This document shows, piece by piece, positions 20,404 through 30,962 of a DNA stretch of 51,658 bases. Origin of the DNA: an uncultured Rhizobiaceae bacterium. Lineage in GTDB: Bacteria > Pseudomonadota > Alphaproteobacteria > UBA828. A model generated the notes under the pieces. The model was not told where the DNA came from. It saw only the letters and a list, made by a program, of their open reading frames with translations, and did not search any database. A program made the position numbers and the translations under genes. The number at the start of each line of letters is the position of its first letter. Position 1 is the stretch's first letter. The stretch covers positions 1-51,658 of the forward strand of contig CAYRUX010000255.1 of NCBI GenBank assembly GCA_964427515.1. The letters run 5' to 3'.

Positions 20404-21795
20404 TTAGATATTTTTAAGTCTATTTTCTCTAAGTATTTTTGCTGACCGTAGCGCTAGTATTAGTAATATTAATACCCAGAATAAAACGTTAGCTCGAGAT
20501 ATTGTAATAACCGGTTGACCTATTCCTCCCAGAAAAGCGAGCATGCCAAGAAACGTTAGAAACCGACCTGTTTCATATCCCTTAGTCCACTCCCGTAAGC
20601 CAATAAAAATAATTGTTAAAAGTATACTCATATAAACTATAGCTGAGACTAAACCGCCTTGAATAAATATTTGCATATATGCACTGTCAAATATCCCAAA
20701 ATATGCAAATCCGAGACCTTGTATCGGCGCCACATCCCAAACATAGGGAAAAACGCCAACAACCGGTTTTTCTTCCCAAACAGCTTCAGCGCCAAGCCCA
20801 TAACGGATTTCAATAAAACGAAAAAAAAGATCAAAAAATGAAGAATAGGTGGTTTGTTCTGGATCAGGATCGAACAAATCACCTATCAAATAAAAGCCAC
20901 GCCAGGTTTCTTTGTTTCCCAAATCATCGATTGTCAGCAACCAAACTCCAATAATTCCAACTATTATAACAATTACTTTCCATGAAATGCTTGGGGTACG
21001 CCTGCCCGGAGAAAACCAATAGACCAGAAATAAAGGCACTCCACCTATCAGGAATACTTTTGAAATTGATACACATCCACCGACAAAAATCAGTACACCT
21101 ACCAAATAAGCCCATATTGGAACTTTCTCTGATTTTCGCGCGACGTACGTACAGATCAATATGGCAATCGAATATGCAAACCCGGCGGTAGACGGCGCGC
21201 CAAAGATACCGGTTTTTCTGGCTTTTCCCACCAAATCATCTTCGGCGATATCTAAATCCCTAACAAACAAACTGATAATCTGCGTTAGGTCAATAAATAT
21301 ACTTGCGATCGACAACAGGGCATTTAAACACATTATGAAAATCACTATTAAGCATATTTTATCTATTAGGTTTCGGATAATCTCTGGATTATGGATCTTT
21401 ACAAATTCTCCGATTACAAAGATCAGGGCAATTACATAGAAATAATCCTCAAAAGCTACCCATTCATCTCTATTTGTCCGTGGACTCGCTACAATGTTTT
21501 CAGAAATACCACCAAAGGTAACTGCTAATGTCCACGCCGTTATGAAAGAAAATGCACCAATGATGAAAAGTGAAGGCCCTCTAAAAAGAGATGAGCGCCT
21601 TCCCACGCATACAAAGCCGAGGGCTATTGGCAACAGCATGTATACAAAGAACTGATCAAGCCGTAAACCTAAGTTTGGTAATAACAAAGGACCAAATGCT
21701 GACAGCACCAGGAGTGGTATTATAAACCGCCCTAAACCCAGCCCCTCAATGTTACCTATTCCCTCTCTAACATGTGTTGCCATAATCAGTATCAA
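20404..21795 (-). CDS. Wzy/O-antigen ligase-like polytopic membrane protein
   Basis: About 11-12 hydrophobic segments, R.TGIFGAPS, SISK, a large periplasmic loop, and PIQGLGF....DSAYMQIFIQGG. Confidence 0.65.
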   Translation of the reverse strand: MILIMATHVREGIGNIEGLGLGRFIIPLLVLSAFGPLLLPNLGLRLDQFFVYMLLPIALGFVCVGRRSSLFRGPSLFIIGAFSFITAWTLAVTFGGISENIVASPRTNRDEWVAFEDYFYVIALIFVIGEFVKIHNPEIIRNLIDKICLIVIFIMCLNALLSIASIFIDLTQIISLFVRDLDIAEDDLVGKARKTGIFGAPSTAGFAYSIAILICTYVARKSEKVPIWAYLVGVLIFVGGCVSISKVFLIGGVPLFLVYWFSPGRRTPSISWKVIVIIVGIIGVWLLTIDDLGNKETWRGFYLIGDLFDPDPEQTTYSSFFDLFFRFIEIRYGLGAEAVWEEKPVVGVFPYVWDVAPIQGLGFAYFGIFDSAYMQIFIQGGLVSAIVYMSILLTIIFIGLREWTKGYETGRFLTFLGMLAFLGGIGQPVITISRANVLFWVLILLILALRSAKILRENRLKNI

Positions 21796-21935
21796 AGCTA
21801 ATTGCTAAAACCTTAGCATTCGAATTAAAAACATCTCAAATGCCATAGAATCTACTTTCTAAAAAAATATTTTCACAACACTGCAAAGTTCAATAGTTTT
21901 GTTAGCATTATTTTTCAATCAAAACCACCACCCGG

Positions 21936-22973
21936 CTATGTTTGATCTAATTTTGAATAATGTGAAGTAATATGAAAATTTAGTTCATCACTCTCTGTGG
22001 TTTTTGTAAAAACAAAATATGCGTACCATTCATTTGATAAGTTTGAATGTAAAAACGCTCTCCTGATGTACCTGTATTTGCGATTAACTAATATTAATCC
22101 ATAAATTAATCTTTCCCCAAAAATAGTCCTTAATATTGATTTTACCCTACTCCTCAGACTTGCTGAATGATGATTCGCTGTAACATGGACATCACCCTGC
22201 AATTCACTAATAGATTGAGAAATACCCCCATCTCCAATATTCATGGGATAAACTATCGTTTCAGAATTACGAATTCCTGAACGTACTGTGGCAATCGTAT
22301 ACAAAGACTTAATAAAAGTTACCATTAGAGTCCCTATAGGCAATAATGCAAATGCAGGTGTACCTTTACTTGCATACCTTTTGTACGGCAGTTTTTTCCC
22401 TTTAGGGTTAATTATGAATGCTCTATCCAGAGAGAAGCCGTTACTAATATGGAAATCTACCAAGAAATTTGGGGACGGATTTAAATCAAACCTATTAGTA
22501 TGGTCCCCAATCGTAGTAACTACTACTTTCTTTCCTCCTACTTTAGTCATTTTTGAAGTATTATGGTACGACTGAATAATATTAGTTACGTATGTAGAAG
22601 TAATATCAAGAACAAGATCATACTTTTCATGATATTCACTGTTAATTGGGTTTGACAAATTACAAACTATGTTTGCCCTGTCATAGATATCTATGTCATG
22701 GTAATCCGAATATCCATACGATTTTAGAACTTTGCGAGCCAACTCATTACTCGACTTAGCATACGCTACTCTGTCATTTGTCATATGAGCTAACATCTCT
22801 TCACTTGAAATTGTTTTAATACCGTATTTTTTTAAGCACTTGGAAGTAAACAAAACATCGTGCGCACCGGTGGCGAGGGCTAAATGAGTTGTTCCATCAG
22901 TATCCGAATTAGGCACTTGAATTAAATCTGATATACCATTCAACACATGCAACCAAACATTGGGGTAGGACAT
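21936..22973 (-). CDS. Hypothetical protein, divergent SAM-dependent methyltransferase-like
   Basis: Segment Y.DIDI...ANIVCNLSNPI..EYHEKYDLVLD...N...MTKVGG resembles glycan-cluster methyltransferase-fold proteins. Confidence 0.45.
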   Translation of the reverse strand: MSYPNVWLHVLNGISDLIQVPNSDTDGTTHLALATGAHDVLFTSKCLKKYGIKTISSEEMLAHMTNDRVAYAKSSNELARKVLKSYGYSDYHDIDIYDRANIVCNLSNPINSEYHEKYDLVLDITSTYVTNIIQSYHNTSKMTKVGGKKVVVTTIGDHTNRFDLNPSPNFLVDFHISNGFSLDRAFIINPKGKKLPYKRYASKGTPAFALLPIGTLMVTFIKSLYTIATVRSGIRNSETIVYPMNIGDGGISQSISELQGDVHVTANHHSASLRSRVKSILRTIFGERLIYGLILVNRKYRYIRRAFLHSNLSNEWYAYFVFTKTTESDELNFHITSHYSKLDQT

Positions 22974-23059
22974 AGCTTTATTCCTATAGTTCCATTAGAC
23001 TTGATGAAGAGTTTATTAAAAACCCTCTAATTGTACTACACTCTGACGAAATTGTTTTG

Positions 23060-23770
23060 TTAACAGTCACAATCTTTTTTAGCTTGCAGTAATAACAGTG
23101 GGTCGCTTGGAACACTAATAGAAGAGGGATTAAATGAACAATCTTTAAGTAAATATAACCAATCCTCTGGGGAGTATCGCGTTATAGAATATTTAAGATA
23201 ATCTGTATCTTTCCCATAAAGACTCAAGTTCCAAATTCGCCTAAAAACCTTTAAAATAAGATTCCGCCGACGGGCTTCCTCTGCAACCCGTAAAGGGTGT
23301 CGCATATCAGGCACAGAGATCAAAATCCGCCCATTATTGGCCAATATTCTGTTAAATTCATGCAAATACACTTCAGGTGTAGAAATGTATTCAAATACGC
23401 TGGACGCCATAATCACATCAAATGATGCGTCATCAAATGGAAGTTTTAAGTCCCTTTGTTCTCTCAACAAACGCCAATCAATATAATTTTCTTCTGTAAC
23501 ATTTTCTGCTCTCCGCAACATTTCCTCCGAAATATCACAAGCTTTTACTTGCCAGCCTTTATCTGAAAGCGCTCGTGTCAGCTCCCCGCTACCACACCCA
23601 AAATCCAGAATTTTTGTATCTAGATTTGCGAACTCTTCAATTGCTCCAACAAATCGTTGAATACGACTCCTCATCAACCCAGCCTCCGAATAATGAGAAC
23701 TCCATTCTCCCGCGATCCGGTTGAAGTAGGCCTTTGTATTCTTTGACATCGCTTGTTTTCTATTCTTCAT
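23060..23770 (-). CDS. Class I SAM-dependent methyltransferase
   Basis: Motifs ILDFGCGSG, DISEEML, LPFDDASFD, SSVFEY and EFNRILANNG. Confidence 0.88.
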   Translation of the reverse strand: MKNRKQAMSKNTKAYFNRIAGEWSSHYSEAGLMRSRIQRFVGAIEEFANLDTKILDFGCGSGELTRALSDKGWQVKACDISEEMLRRAENVTEENYIDWRLLREQRDLKLPFDDASFDVIMASSVFEYISTPEVYLHEFNRILANNGRILISVPDMRHPLRVAEEARRRNLILKVFRRIWNLSLYGKDTDYLKYSITRYSPEDWLYLLKDCSFNPSSISVPSDPLLLLQAKKDCDC

Positions 23771-23784
23771 AGGTTTTTATTGCT

Positions 23785-25053
23785 TCAAAGACAACGTGTG
23801 GGCGTATCTCGCCAAACCCCGCAAGTATCAATTATAGACTTTCCGACCAACTGCTTCTGATCAATGCTATAAAAAAGCTGATGATTAACAAGCAACACCA
23901 ATAGCTTTGCTTGCTCTAATGCCTGAGGCAAACCTACTAACCGTATGTTACTAAGCTGTGAAAGAGGTTCAGGTAATTCAGTTAAATTGGGTTCAACTAC
24001 AAGTATTTCGTAGTTAGCTTCCTCCGCCAAGGTTTCTACAATATATAACGCGGGACTACCGCGTAAATCTTCTACATCCGGTTTAAAAGTTATTCCTAAA
24101 CATGCTATTACTAATTTTTCGCTGTTCCCCGCAATACTTCTTATTGATTGAATAACATAATTAGGCTTGGAATCATTAACTTCTCGGCTTGTACGAACCA
24201 ATTTGGATCTGTCGGGTGCTGATGCTACAATAAACCAAGGATCTACTGCCACACAGTGCCCACCGACGCCCGCACCGGGTGATAATACCTGTACGCGAGG
24301 GTGCTGATTTACCAAATCTATAAGATCCCAAACATCTACATTTAAATCGTCACAAATAATTGATATTTCATTAGCAAAAGCAATATTAACATCTCGGTAA
24401 GCATTCTCGACCAATTTGGATAGCTCCGCAGTACGGGCGTTTGTCAACGTAATTTTCCCATTAACAAAACTGGAGTAGAATTCACTAGCACGTTGTGCTG
24501 ATTGAACATCAATTCCTCCTACCGTCCTGTCGTTTTCTAACAGCTCGTACATTATTCGCCCGGGAAACACACGTTCTGGACAGTGCGCAAGATAAATTCT
24601 ATCTGATTTTAGAGGGTTTTCACTTGCATTAGAAAAGCCCAAATCGGGACGAACATCGCTAATCCATTCTGCCATAAGGTCAATCGTACCAACTGGAACA
24701 GTGGATTCTAAAATAATTAAATTTCCTGATTTTAGGTGTCCGGCGAGAGACTTACAAGCCACCTCAACCGACGATAGGTCGGCACCACTCTTATCTGGAA
24801 GTACTGGAGTTGGAACTGCAACAATGAATACTTCTGCAGACACAGGCGACTGTGATACCTCTAAATTTCCACTTTTCACAGCAGATAAAACTGATAGATC
24901 TAGATCGGGTTCCGTTGAGGTAAATTCACCAGCATTAATTTTTTCTATCAGTAAAGGATTCGTATCAACTCCATGTACATACATCCCATTATTTGCAAGT
25001 ACCACTGCCGTCGGAAGGCCAACATAACCTAATCCGAGCAGACACACCTTCAT
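23785..25053 (-). CDS. wecC: UDP-N-acetyl-D-mannosamine dehydrogenase
   Basis: Motifs GLGYVGLPTA, VPTP, ESTVPVG, HCPERVFPG, KLVENAYRDVNIAFANE, PGAGVGGHC and FKPDVEDLRGSP. ATGA overlap with wecB. Confidence 0.92.
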   Translation of the reverse strand: MKVCLLGLGYVGLPTAVVLANNGMYVHGVDTNPLLIEKINAGEFTSTEPDLDLSVLSAVKSGNLEVSQSPVSAEVFIVAVPTPVLPDKSGADLSSVEVACKSLAGHLKSGNLIILESTVPVGTIDLMAEWISDVRPDLGFSNASENPLKSDRIYLAHCPERVFPGRIMYELLENDRTVGGIDVQSAQRASEFYSSFVNGKITLTNARTAELSKLVENAYRDVNIAFANEISIICDDLNVDVWDLIDLVNQHPRVQVLSPGAGVGGHCVAVDPWFIVASAPDRSKLVRTSREVNDSKPNYVIQSIRSIAGNSEKLVIACLGITFKPDVEDLRGSPALYIVETLAEEANYEILVVEPNLTELPEPLSQLSNIRLVGLPQALEQAKLLVLLVNHQLFYSIDQKQLVGKSIIDTCGVWRDTPTRCL

Positions 25054-26219
25054 ACCCACTCTCCTTTTACTAAAATATCAACGATTCGTTTTCCAGCCAT
25101 ACCATCACCAAAAGGATTTTTTACCTGACTCATTGAAATGTAATGAGAGGCGTCTGTTAGCAGGCGACTGGTTTCAGCTACAATTTTTTCTTTACTGGTT
25201 CCCACTAGAAGTGCGCAGCCAGCGTCTACGGCTTCGGGCCGTTCTGTTGATTCTCGCAAAACCAATGTTGGCACCCCAAGGCTTGGGCTTTCTTCTTGAA
25301 CCCCTCCGGAGTCCGTCAAAATTATATGAGCTCGCATCATAAGGTACACAAAGGAAATATAGTCAACAGGTTTTATCAAATGAATACGATTTATTATCGA
25401 ACTCTTACCAGTTCCTAAAATTTTGTGAACGGGTTCTTGAACACGAGGATTTAAATGCACTGGATAGACTAATTCAACATCGATATGTTTTTCTGCTATG
25501 CGATATAGTGCGTGGCATATCTCTGACAAGCCCCCACCAAAATGCTCTCGCCTGTGGCTTGTAACGAGAATCAATCGTTTGCGTGAATCCAGAATAGAAA
25601 ATTGTTTGTCTTTAGCCATAGACAGTGATTTTTCTTTGTGAAATCTTTCTTTAATTGCAAGCAAAGAATCAATGACCGTATTGCCAGTTACAAATATATG
25701 CTTTGGATCGATGCCTTCACGCAGTAGATTTGATTGGGCTTCTTTGGTAGGAGCAAAGTGAAGTCGAGCTAGCACAGAAACTAATCGCCTATAACCCTCC
25801 TCTGGCCAAGGTGAATATTGATCTCCAGTTCTAAGTCCAGCCTCGATATGGGCTACCGGTATTTGCAAGTGATAAGAACATAATGCAGCGGCAAAGGTTG
25901 TCGCTGTATCACCCTGTACTACCATCAGATCTGGCTTATCCTTCGTCAATATGGGCGTCAGACCGGTTATAATTCGAGCAACCACATCACCCGGATTCTG
26001 TTTGCTAGACATTATTTCCAAACTGAAATCTGGCACTATTTCTAAAAATGATAATGCTTGGCTTAACATCTCTCGATGCTGACCAGTCGCACAGACTTTT
26101 TGGCTGAACTCATGTGCATTATTGCTTAGCGCCCGTATAATTGGCGCAAGCTTTAATGCTTCGGGTCGCGTCCCTAAAATAATAAAAATTTTACGCGTGC
26201 CCTTTGCAACTAACTTCAT
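25050..26219 (-). CDS. wecB: UDP-N-acetylglucosamine 2-epimerase (non-hydrolysing)
   Basis: Motifs GTRPEALK, TGQHREML, QGDT, HIEAGLRT, PWPEE, TSHRRE, PVHLNP, TDSGGVQEE and TERPE. Confidence 0.95.
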   Translation of the reverse strand: MKLVAKGTRKIFIILGTRPEALKLAPIIRALSNNAHEFSQKVCATGQHREMLSQALSFLEIVPDFSLEIMSSKQNPGDVVARIITGLTPILTKDKPDLMVVQGDTATTFAAALCSYHLQIPVAHIEAGLRTGDQYSPWPEEGYRRLVSVLARLHFAPTKEAQSNLLREGIDPKHIFVTGNTVIDSLLAIKERFHKEKSLSMAKDKQFSILDSRKRLILVTSHRREHFGGGLSEICHALYRIAEKHIDVELVYPVHLNPRVQEPVHKILGTGKSSIINRIHLIKPVDYISFVYLMMRAHIILTDSGGVQEESPSLGVPTLVLRESTERPEAVDAGCALLVGTSKEKIVAETSRLLTDASHYISMSQVKNPFGDGMAGKRIVDILVKGEWV

Positions 26220-26302
26220 TTTACGATCATTCTTCTGTTTCCAATACCGTTTACCATATATAAAACAAAGTCAAACGCACGATTGTAAAAATTGCACAAT
26301 AA

Positions 26303-27697
26303 TTATTTTTTTTGGAACGAAATGGCATCAAACAACTGTTTATGAATACGTGTTGATACAATATCCCTATCATAATGTTGACGAGAGTGCGCAATAGCAG
26401 CTTCAGAAAATGCTGAACGATCCTGTTCATTGGTAAGCATGTGCTTAACAGCTGCTTCTAACATTTCGATATTTCGCTCATCTACAACAAAAGCTAACCC
26501 ATGCGTTCGAGCTTCAAAAGATATTGCTGACTCCTTTGGAGCATATATCAACATCGGTATTCCACTAGCCATATAAGCTGCACTTTTAGCTGGCATCGAA
26601 TATTTTATAAACTCCCAACTATCTTTATCGAATGCTACGGGTAAAAATAGTAGATCAGCTAGGCTGACTTCATCTATCAATTCATTTTGTTCCTGAAATG
26701 TAGAAAATTTTGTAAATTGTCCACCGAGCTGGCTTTTTATTATCTTATCAATGTCCTGAGGTCCTAAAATAATAAAATCAACGCGTATACCATTTTTATT
26801 TAAACGCTCAACTACAGTGCTCATGTCAGCCAATCCCGAAAAAGCAGCATGTTTATGAATTGACCCTGCGTAAACTATACGGAAGGATATGATTGTTTTA
26901 TCTTGTTTCCTTTGAGGCCTATGCCACAAATTGGTGTTAACCGACACTGGCAAAGGGTAAAAAGATTTTCCGTACTTTGATGAATAAGCCTTACACATCA
27001 ATTCGCAAATACCAAATCTAATTGAGGCATTTTCCAATAATTTTTTGAACTCGAATTCTAGTTGCTGTCTTTTTTTAACTGCACTAAACCCTCTTCCATA
27101 ATGCATTGGCATCCAGTTATCATATACTTGTACTGCTAGGGGAACATCCAGATACTCACTGATTTGCGAGGTAAGCCTAATAAATGCAAGTTCTGCAGGA
27201 ACAGAAAATATTAAATCTGGAGAAAATTTATCAAGGAATACTCTAAGTTCTTTACTTAAAAAACAGTCAGTCGGATATAACCAGCCATACTCATGCAGAA
27301 TTTTACCTATTCTTGATTTTAACCCTTTATATTTTGCCGGTCTGGACAGCCGTTGTGGATTCTGGACAGCTACATCTGAGGGAGTATTTTTGAAAGATTT
27401 TTTCCGAACATAATCATAAAGATTGAGTGGAAATACCCTTGGAAGTTCTAGGGATCCTAGTTCATAATAATTGTTACAGATTGTTCTATCGGGTATATTT
27501 TCGCGACCCTTAGCATATAACTGAGCAATTTTGTTTTTTGGCCAATTTTGAAAAAGTACGGATAAAGCTATTCCTGTACCATTATTAAAATTGAAGGGCA
27601 CGCGGGATAAAATCAATATCTTTGGATATTCTCCGGATAATTTTACTATAGTTGACTTAGCCTCATCTATGGTCATAGACCTGTACCCATATTCCAA
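26303..27697 (-). CDS. Putative GT-B glycosyltransferase (GT4-like)
   Basis: Motifs NNGTG, YDNW, IVYAGS, ADLLFLPVAFD and YSMPAKSAAYMASGIP. Confidence 0.7.
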   Translation of the reverse strand: MEYGYRSMTIDEAKSTIVKLSGEYPKILILSRVPFNFNNGTGIALSVLFQNWPKNKIAQLYAKGRENIPDRTICNNYYELGSLELPRVFPLNLYDYVRKKSFKNTPSDVAVQNPQRLSRPAKYKGLKSRIGKILHEYGWLYPTDCFLSKELRVFLDKFSPDLIFSVPAELAFIRLTSQISEYLDVPLAVQVYDNWMPMHYGRGFSAVKKRQQLEFEFKKLLENASIRFGICELMCKAYSSKYGKSFYPLPVSVNTNLWHRPQRKQDKTIISFRIVYAGSIHKHAAFSGLADMSTVVERLNKNGIRVDFIILGPQDIDKIIKSQLGGQFTKFSTFQEQNELIDEVSLADLLFLPVAFDKDSWEFIKYSMPAKSAAYMASGIPMLIYAPKESAISFEARTHGLAFVVDERNIEMLEAAVKHMLTNEQDRSAFSEAAIAHSRQHYDRDIVSTRIHKQLFDAISFQKK

Positions 27698-27866
27698 ATT
27701 GAGTTTTTATTCATAACAAATATTGAAAAATTACCTTTAAGTTTTGACCTCTCTACAAGGATCACAACCTTTAGATCGGATAATTATTAGAGTTGCAAAA
27801 AACTCAAAACAAAAAGTGTGCGGCCGATTGAGTTCAACTTCAATCATCGTTAAGTCTGCATATATT

Positions 27867-29129
27867 TTATGAGGTACGTTCATGAATTTTATTATATAAA
27901 TCAGAAAACCTCTCCGCCTGCAGGTTAACGCCAAACTCTCGATGGATCAGATTATTTGCTGCATATCCAACTTGAATTCTCTTTTCAGCCTCATCTATAA
28001 ATAGTCTAATTCCCCTAGCAAGGTCACCAGAATCGCCAGCAGCCGCTAAATATCCAGTTTCTAAATGCCTTATCGCATCCTTCATACCTCCGGAGTCAAA
28101 AGCCACAACAGGAAGACCACAAGCCATAGCTTCTAGAGCCGTATTCGCAAGATTTTCATCCGTTGATGGAACTACCGAAACATCGGCAGCCGCATAAATC
28201 CTAGCCATTTCCTTTGGATTTTCAATATATCCTGCTAGACGATGCTCAACTGGTAATTTCTCTGCCAGCTTTTCTCCACCACTGCCAACCAAAATCACAA
28301 CACAATCTGGTATTTCTCTAATATACTTCAGTGCCGCAACTAAGTGGTGACCACCCTTACGGGAATGATCTTCAAGAACGTGTGCTGCAAACAAAATAAC
28401 TTTCGCATCTTTATTAATTCCCATTTTCTTACGACTATCATTTCTGAATAATTCTCGAACACTCAGATTAAATTCAAATAAATCTACACCGGTAGGAATT
28501 CGAATGAGTGGAAAATCTTTTAACAAAGGACTTACGCGCGCAATATTTTCAATCCAACTAGATGGAGCTACTAACGTAATATCACACTTTTTATATGCGT
28601 TTTTCTTAAGGCGCCACATAAAAGCTGTAAAATCAAAACCAACAGGAGGATATGCATTTAAATCTGGACATTTTCCACAACCAATCTTCCAGCGTTCACA
28701 AGATCCCGAATAAGCGCAATGCCCTGTTGCTGGCCAAATGTCTGAAAGACGCCAAATTATCGGAGCCTGACGAGATAATCTAGGTAATACAAGAGGTGAT
28801 AGATATCCACCATGTACGTTATACAGCTGAATAATATTAGCGTCTTGAAGCCAACGATGACGCAAAGCTCGTTTTGAAGAAGGTACATATAAATATTGAA
28901 ATCCACTACGCTTACAAGCGGCTTCTATAATTTTATCATAGAAACTATACGGATGAGGCGGCCATATAGCTTCTATATCTAAATCATTGGAGACTTTATG
29001 GCGTACTAACATCCTGGATGTATGCCCAAGTTTTTTTAACCCTTGGTGGATGCGATTAGCTGCTTTAGCAGATCCACCTATTTGATCTGCCGTTGAAAAA
29101 TGGAGAATAGAAAGTGGCGCACTAGTCAT
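27867..29129 (-). CDS. GT4 glycosyltransferase, WcaC-like
   Basis: Motifs GGSAKAA.R.H, SDIWPATGHCAY, C..W..GCGKCP, RKGG and PSTDENLANTALEAMACG. Confidence 0.88.
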   Translation of the reverse strand: MTSAPLSILHFSTADQIGGSAKAANRIHQGLKKLGHTSRMLVRHKVSNDLDIEAIWPPHPYSFYDKIIEAACKRSGFQYLYVPSSKRALRHRWLQDANIIQLYNVHGGYLSPLVLPRLSRQAPIIWRLSDIWPATGHCAYSGSCERWKIGCGKCPDLNAYPPVGFDFTAFMWRLKKNAYKKCDITLVAPSSWIENIARVSPLLKDFPLIRIPTGVDLFEFNLSVRELFRNDSRKKMGINKDAKVILFAAHVLEDHSRKGGHHLVAALKYIREIPDCVVILVGSGGEKLAEKLPVEHRLAGYIENPKEMARIYAAADVSVVPSTDENLANTALEAMACGLPVVAFDSGGMKDAIRHLETGYLAAAGDSGDLARGIRLFIDEAEKRIQVGYAANNLIHREFGVNLQAERFSDLYNKIHERTS

Positions 29130-29141
29130 ATTCCACTATAA

Positions 29142-30950
29142 CTATACAGTGGCTTTGATAGCGGCAACAGATTGATTTGAACCCTCTACGTAACTTTGAT
29201 GCCAAAGCTGAAACATCAACACACCCCACAAAACATTAGTGTTATCTACTTTTTTTTCAAGGTGCGGCACTACAAACCGATTATACAAATCTGAACGATA
29301 TATACCCTGCTCCTTGAGTCTTTTGGGACTTAAAAGTTCTTCGACCATTTCTCTTAACGGACCTCGAATCCACAATTTTAGAGGGAGAGTAAATCCTTTT
29401 TTTGGAGCTTCTAATAACGATTTTGGTAGCAAGGATGATACTGCGTGACGAAGAAGTGATTTATAAGGACGAAACTCTGTGCGTGTATGAGCCCGCAAAT
29501 TAAATACTGCGTCAACAAATTCATGATCCAGAAATGGTGTTAGAGCTTCTAGCTAATGTGCCATAGATAATCGGTCTGTCATTAGAAGAAACTCATCCGA
29601 AAGTTTCGTTTACATATCCATCCGAGTTATTTTGTCCCTGACAGTAGGGGCATTTTCTTTCGATAACAACGAAAACAGCATATTAGATGTACTCAATAAA
29701 CCTACATCACTATTAAGAAATATGTTCCGTTGCTTTTTGACATCACTAAGATAGTAATGGCGAGTGAAAAATTGACGGTTAAATCTCGATTTCCCCCCAG
29801 TACTGGGAATTAATCTATTTTCGTAATGCCGCCAACGAAGATAATCTCCAAAGATTTCATCGCCTCCCGTACCAGTAAACCCAACCTTTACCTCATTACT
29901 CATATACTTAAATACTGCCCAACTTGGCAAACCACCACCATACGGTTCGTCTAAATGCCAAACCATTTTTGGCAAGTCATCAATAAGGGTTTCCGGATCA
30001 ACGACTATTTCTTTATGATCTGAATTAATTTGGTTAGCTAATTCACGAGCAAGTGGTAATTCATTCCATTTTTCCTCACCAAGCCCCGTAAACCCTACAG
30101 AAAATGTCTTCAGATTACGTGTGTTCTTCGCGAGAAGAACTGCTATCGCCGAGGAATCAATGCCCCCAGATAAAGAACAAGCGGTTGGAACATCCGAAAG
30201 ACTCCATCTATCTACGGCTTTTTCAAGAGCTGAAAGAACTCGCTCAGAGGCTTCTTCAAAACTCGCGCGATCCCTACCAAATCCTATACGCCACCATCTG
30301 TTAATATCGATTTTCCCAGTTTTATCATACTTTAAACTATGAGCTGGTTGAAGTTTCTTTATTGAGTTAAAAATTGTAGCTGGCCCCGGAACAAACATTA
30401 GGCTACTAAAGTGATATAGGCTTTCTATATCCAGAGATTTTTTAACAAATGGTAGTACCAATAGTGATTTAAGCTCGGATGAAAATGCAAAATAATTACC
30501 ATCATTATAATAATATAGTGGCTTTATTCCAAATCGATCACGAGCACAAAACAATGATCTCTCATGATCGTCATAAATTACGAAAGCAAACATGCCGTTA
30601 AGCTTTGGCAATATTCGAGCACCATCAAGCGCATAGCTTTGAAGTACGATTTCAGTATCAGAATGGTCGCTTTTGAAGTTAACACCACGGCGGATCAAAT
30701 CTTCACGAAGGTCTGGCGCATTAAATATTTCACCATTGAAAACTACGGTGTAACGCCCGTCTTCAGTCGTCATAGGCTGCCGACCGCCTTCAACATCGAT
30801 GATTGCGAGACGCCTCATACCCAATGATAACCGACCAGAAGTGGATCGAAAAATACCCGAATCATCGGGCCCTCTGTGTTCAATGAGAGAATTCATAGCA
30901 CCAATCCATTGAGAATCTTGCTCGCCGTAAATTCCTACGATTCCACACAT
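29142..30950 (-). pseudogene. asnB: Asparagine synthase (glutamine-hydrolysing)-like glycan amidotransferase with two in-frame stops (TAA 29610-29612, TAG 29553-29555)
   Basis: Motifs MCGI, HRGPDD, RRLAIID, NGEIFN, ARDRFGIKP, LSGGIDSS and GTGGDE. The frame continues MDM*TKLSDEFLLMTDRLSMAH*LEALTPFLDHE into ORF 29142..29498 (KKGF.LP, W..LMFQLW). The stops could be sequencing errors. Confidence 0.88.
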
Positions 30951-30962
30951 TTTATGTATTAA

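Noticed and set aside
21184-21195. GGCGGTAG resembling an ops/JUMPstart element
   Set aside because: It lies inside and antisense to a coding gene, lacks the downstream TG, and is not in a leader region.
2983-29621. Shared 13-mer ATGGATATGTAAA at the asnB stop and in the 2.98 kb gap (minus strand)
   Set aside because: Matches of this length are expected by chance in ~52 kb of AT-rich DNA, and the flanks are not similar.
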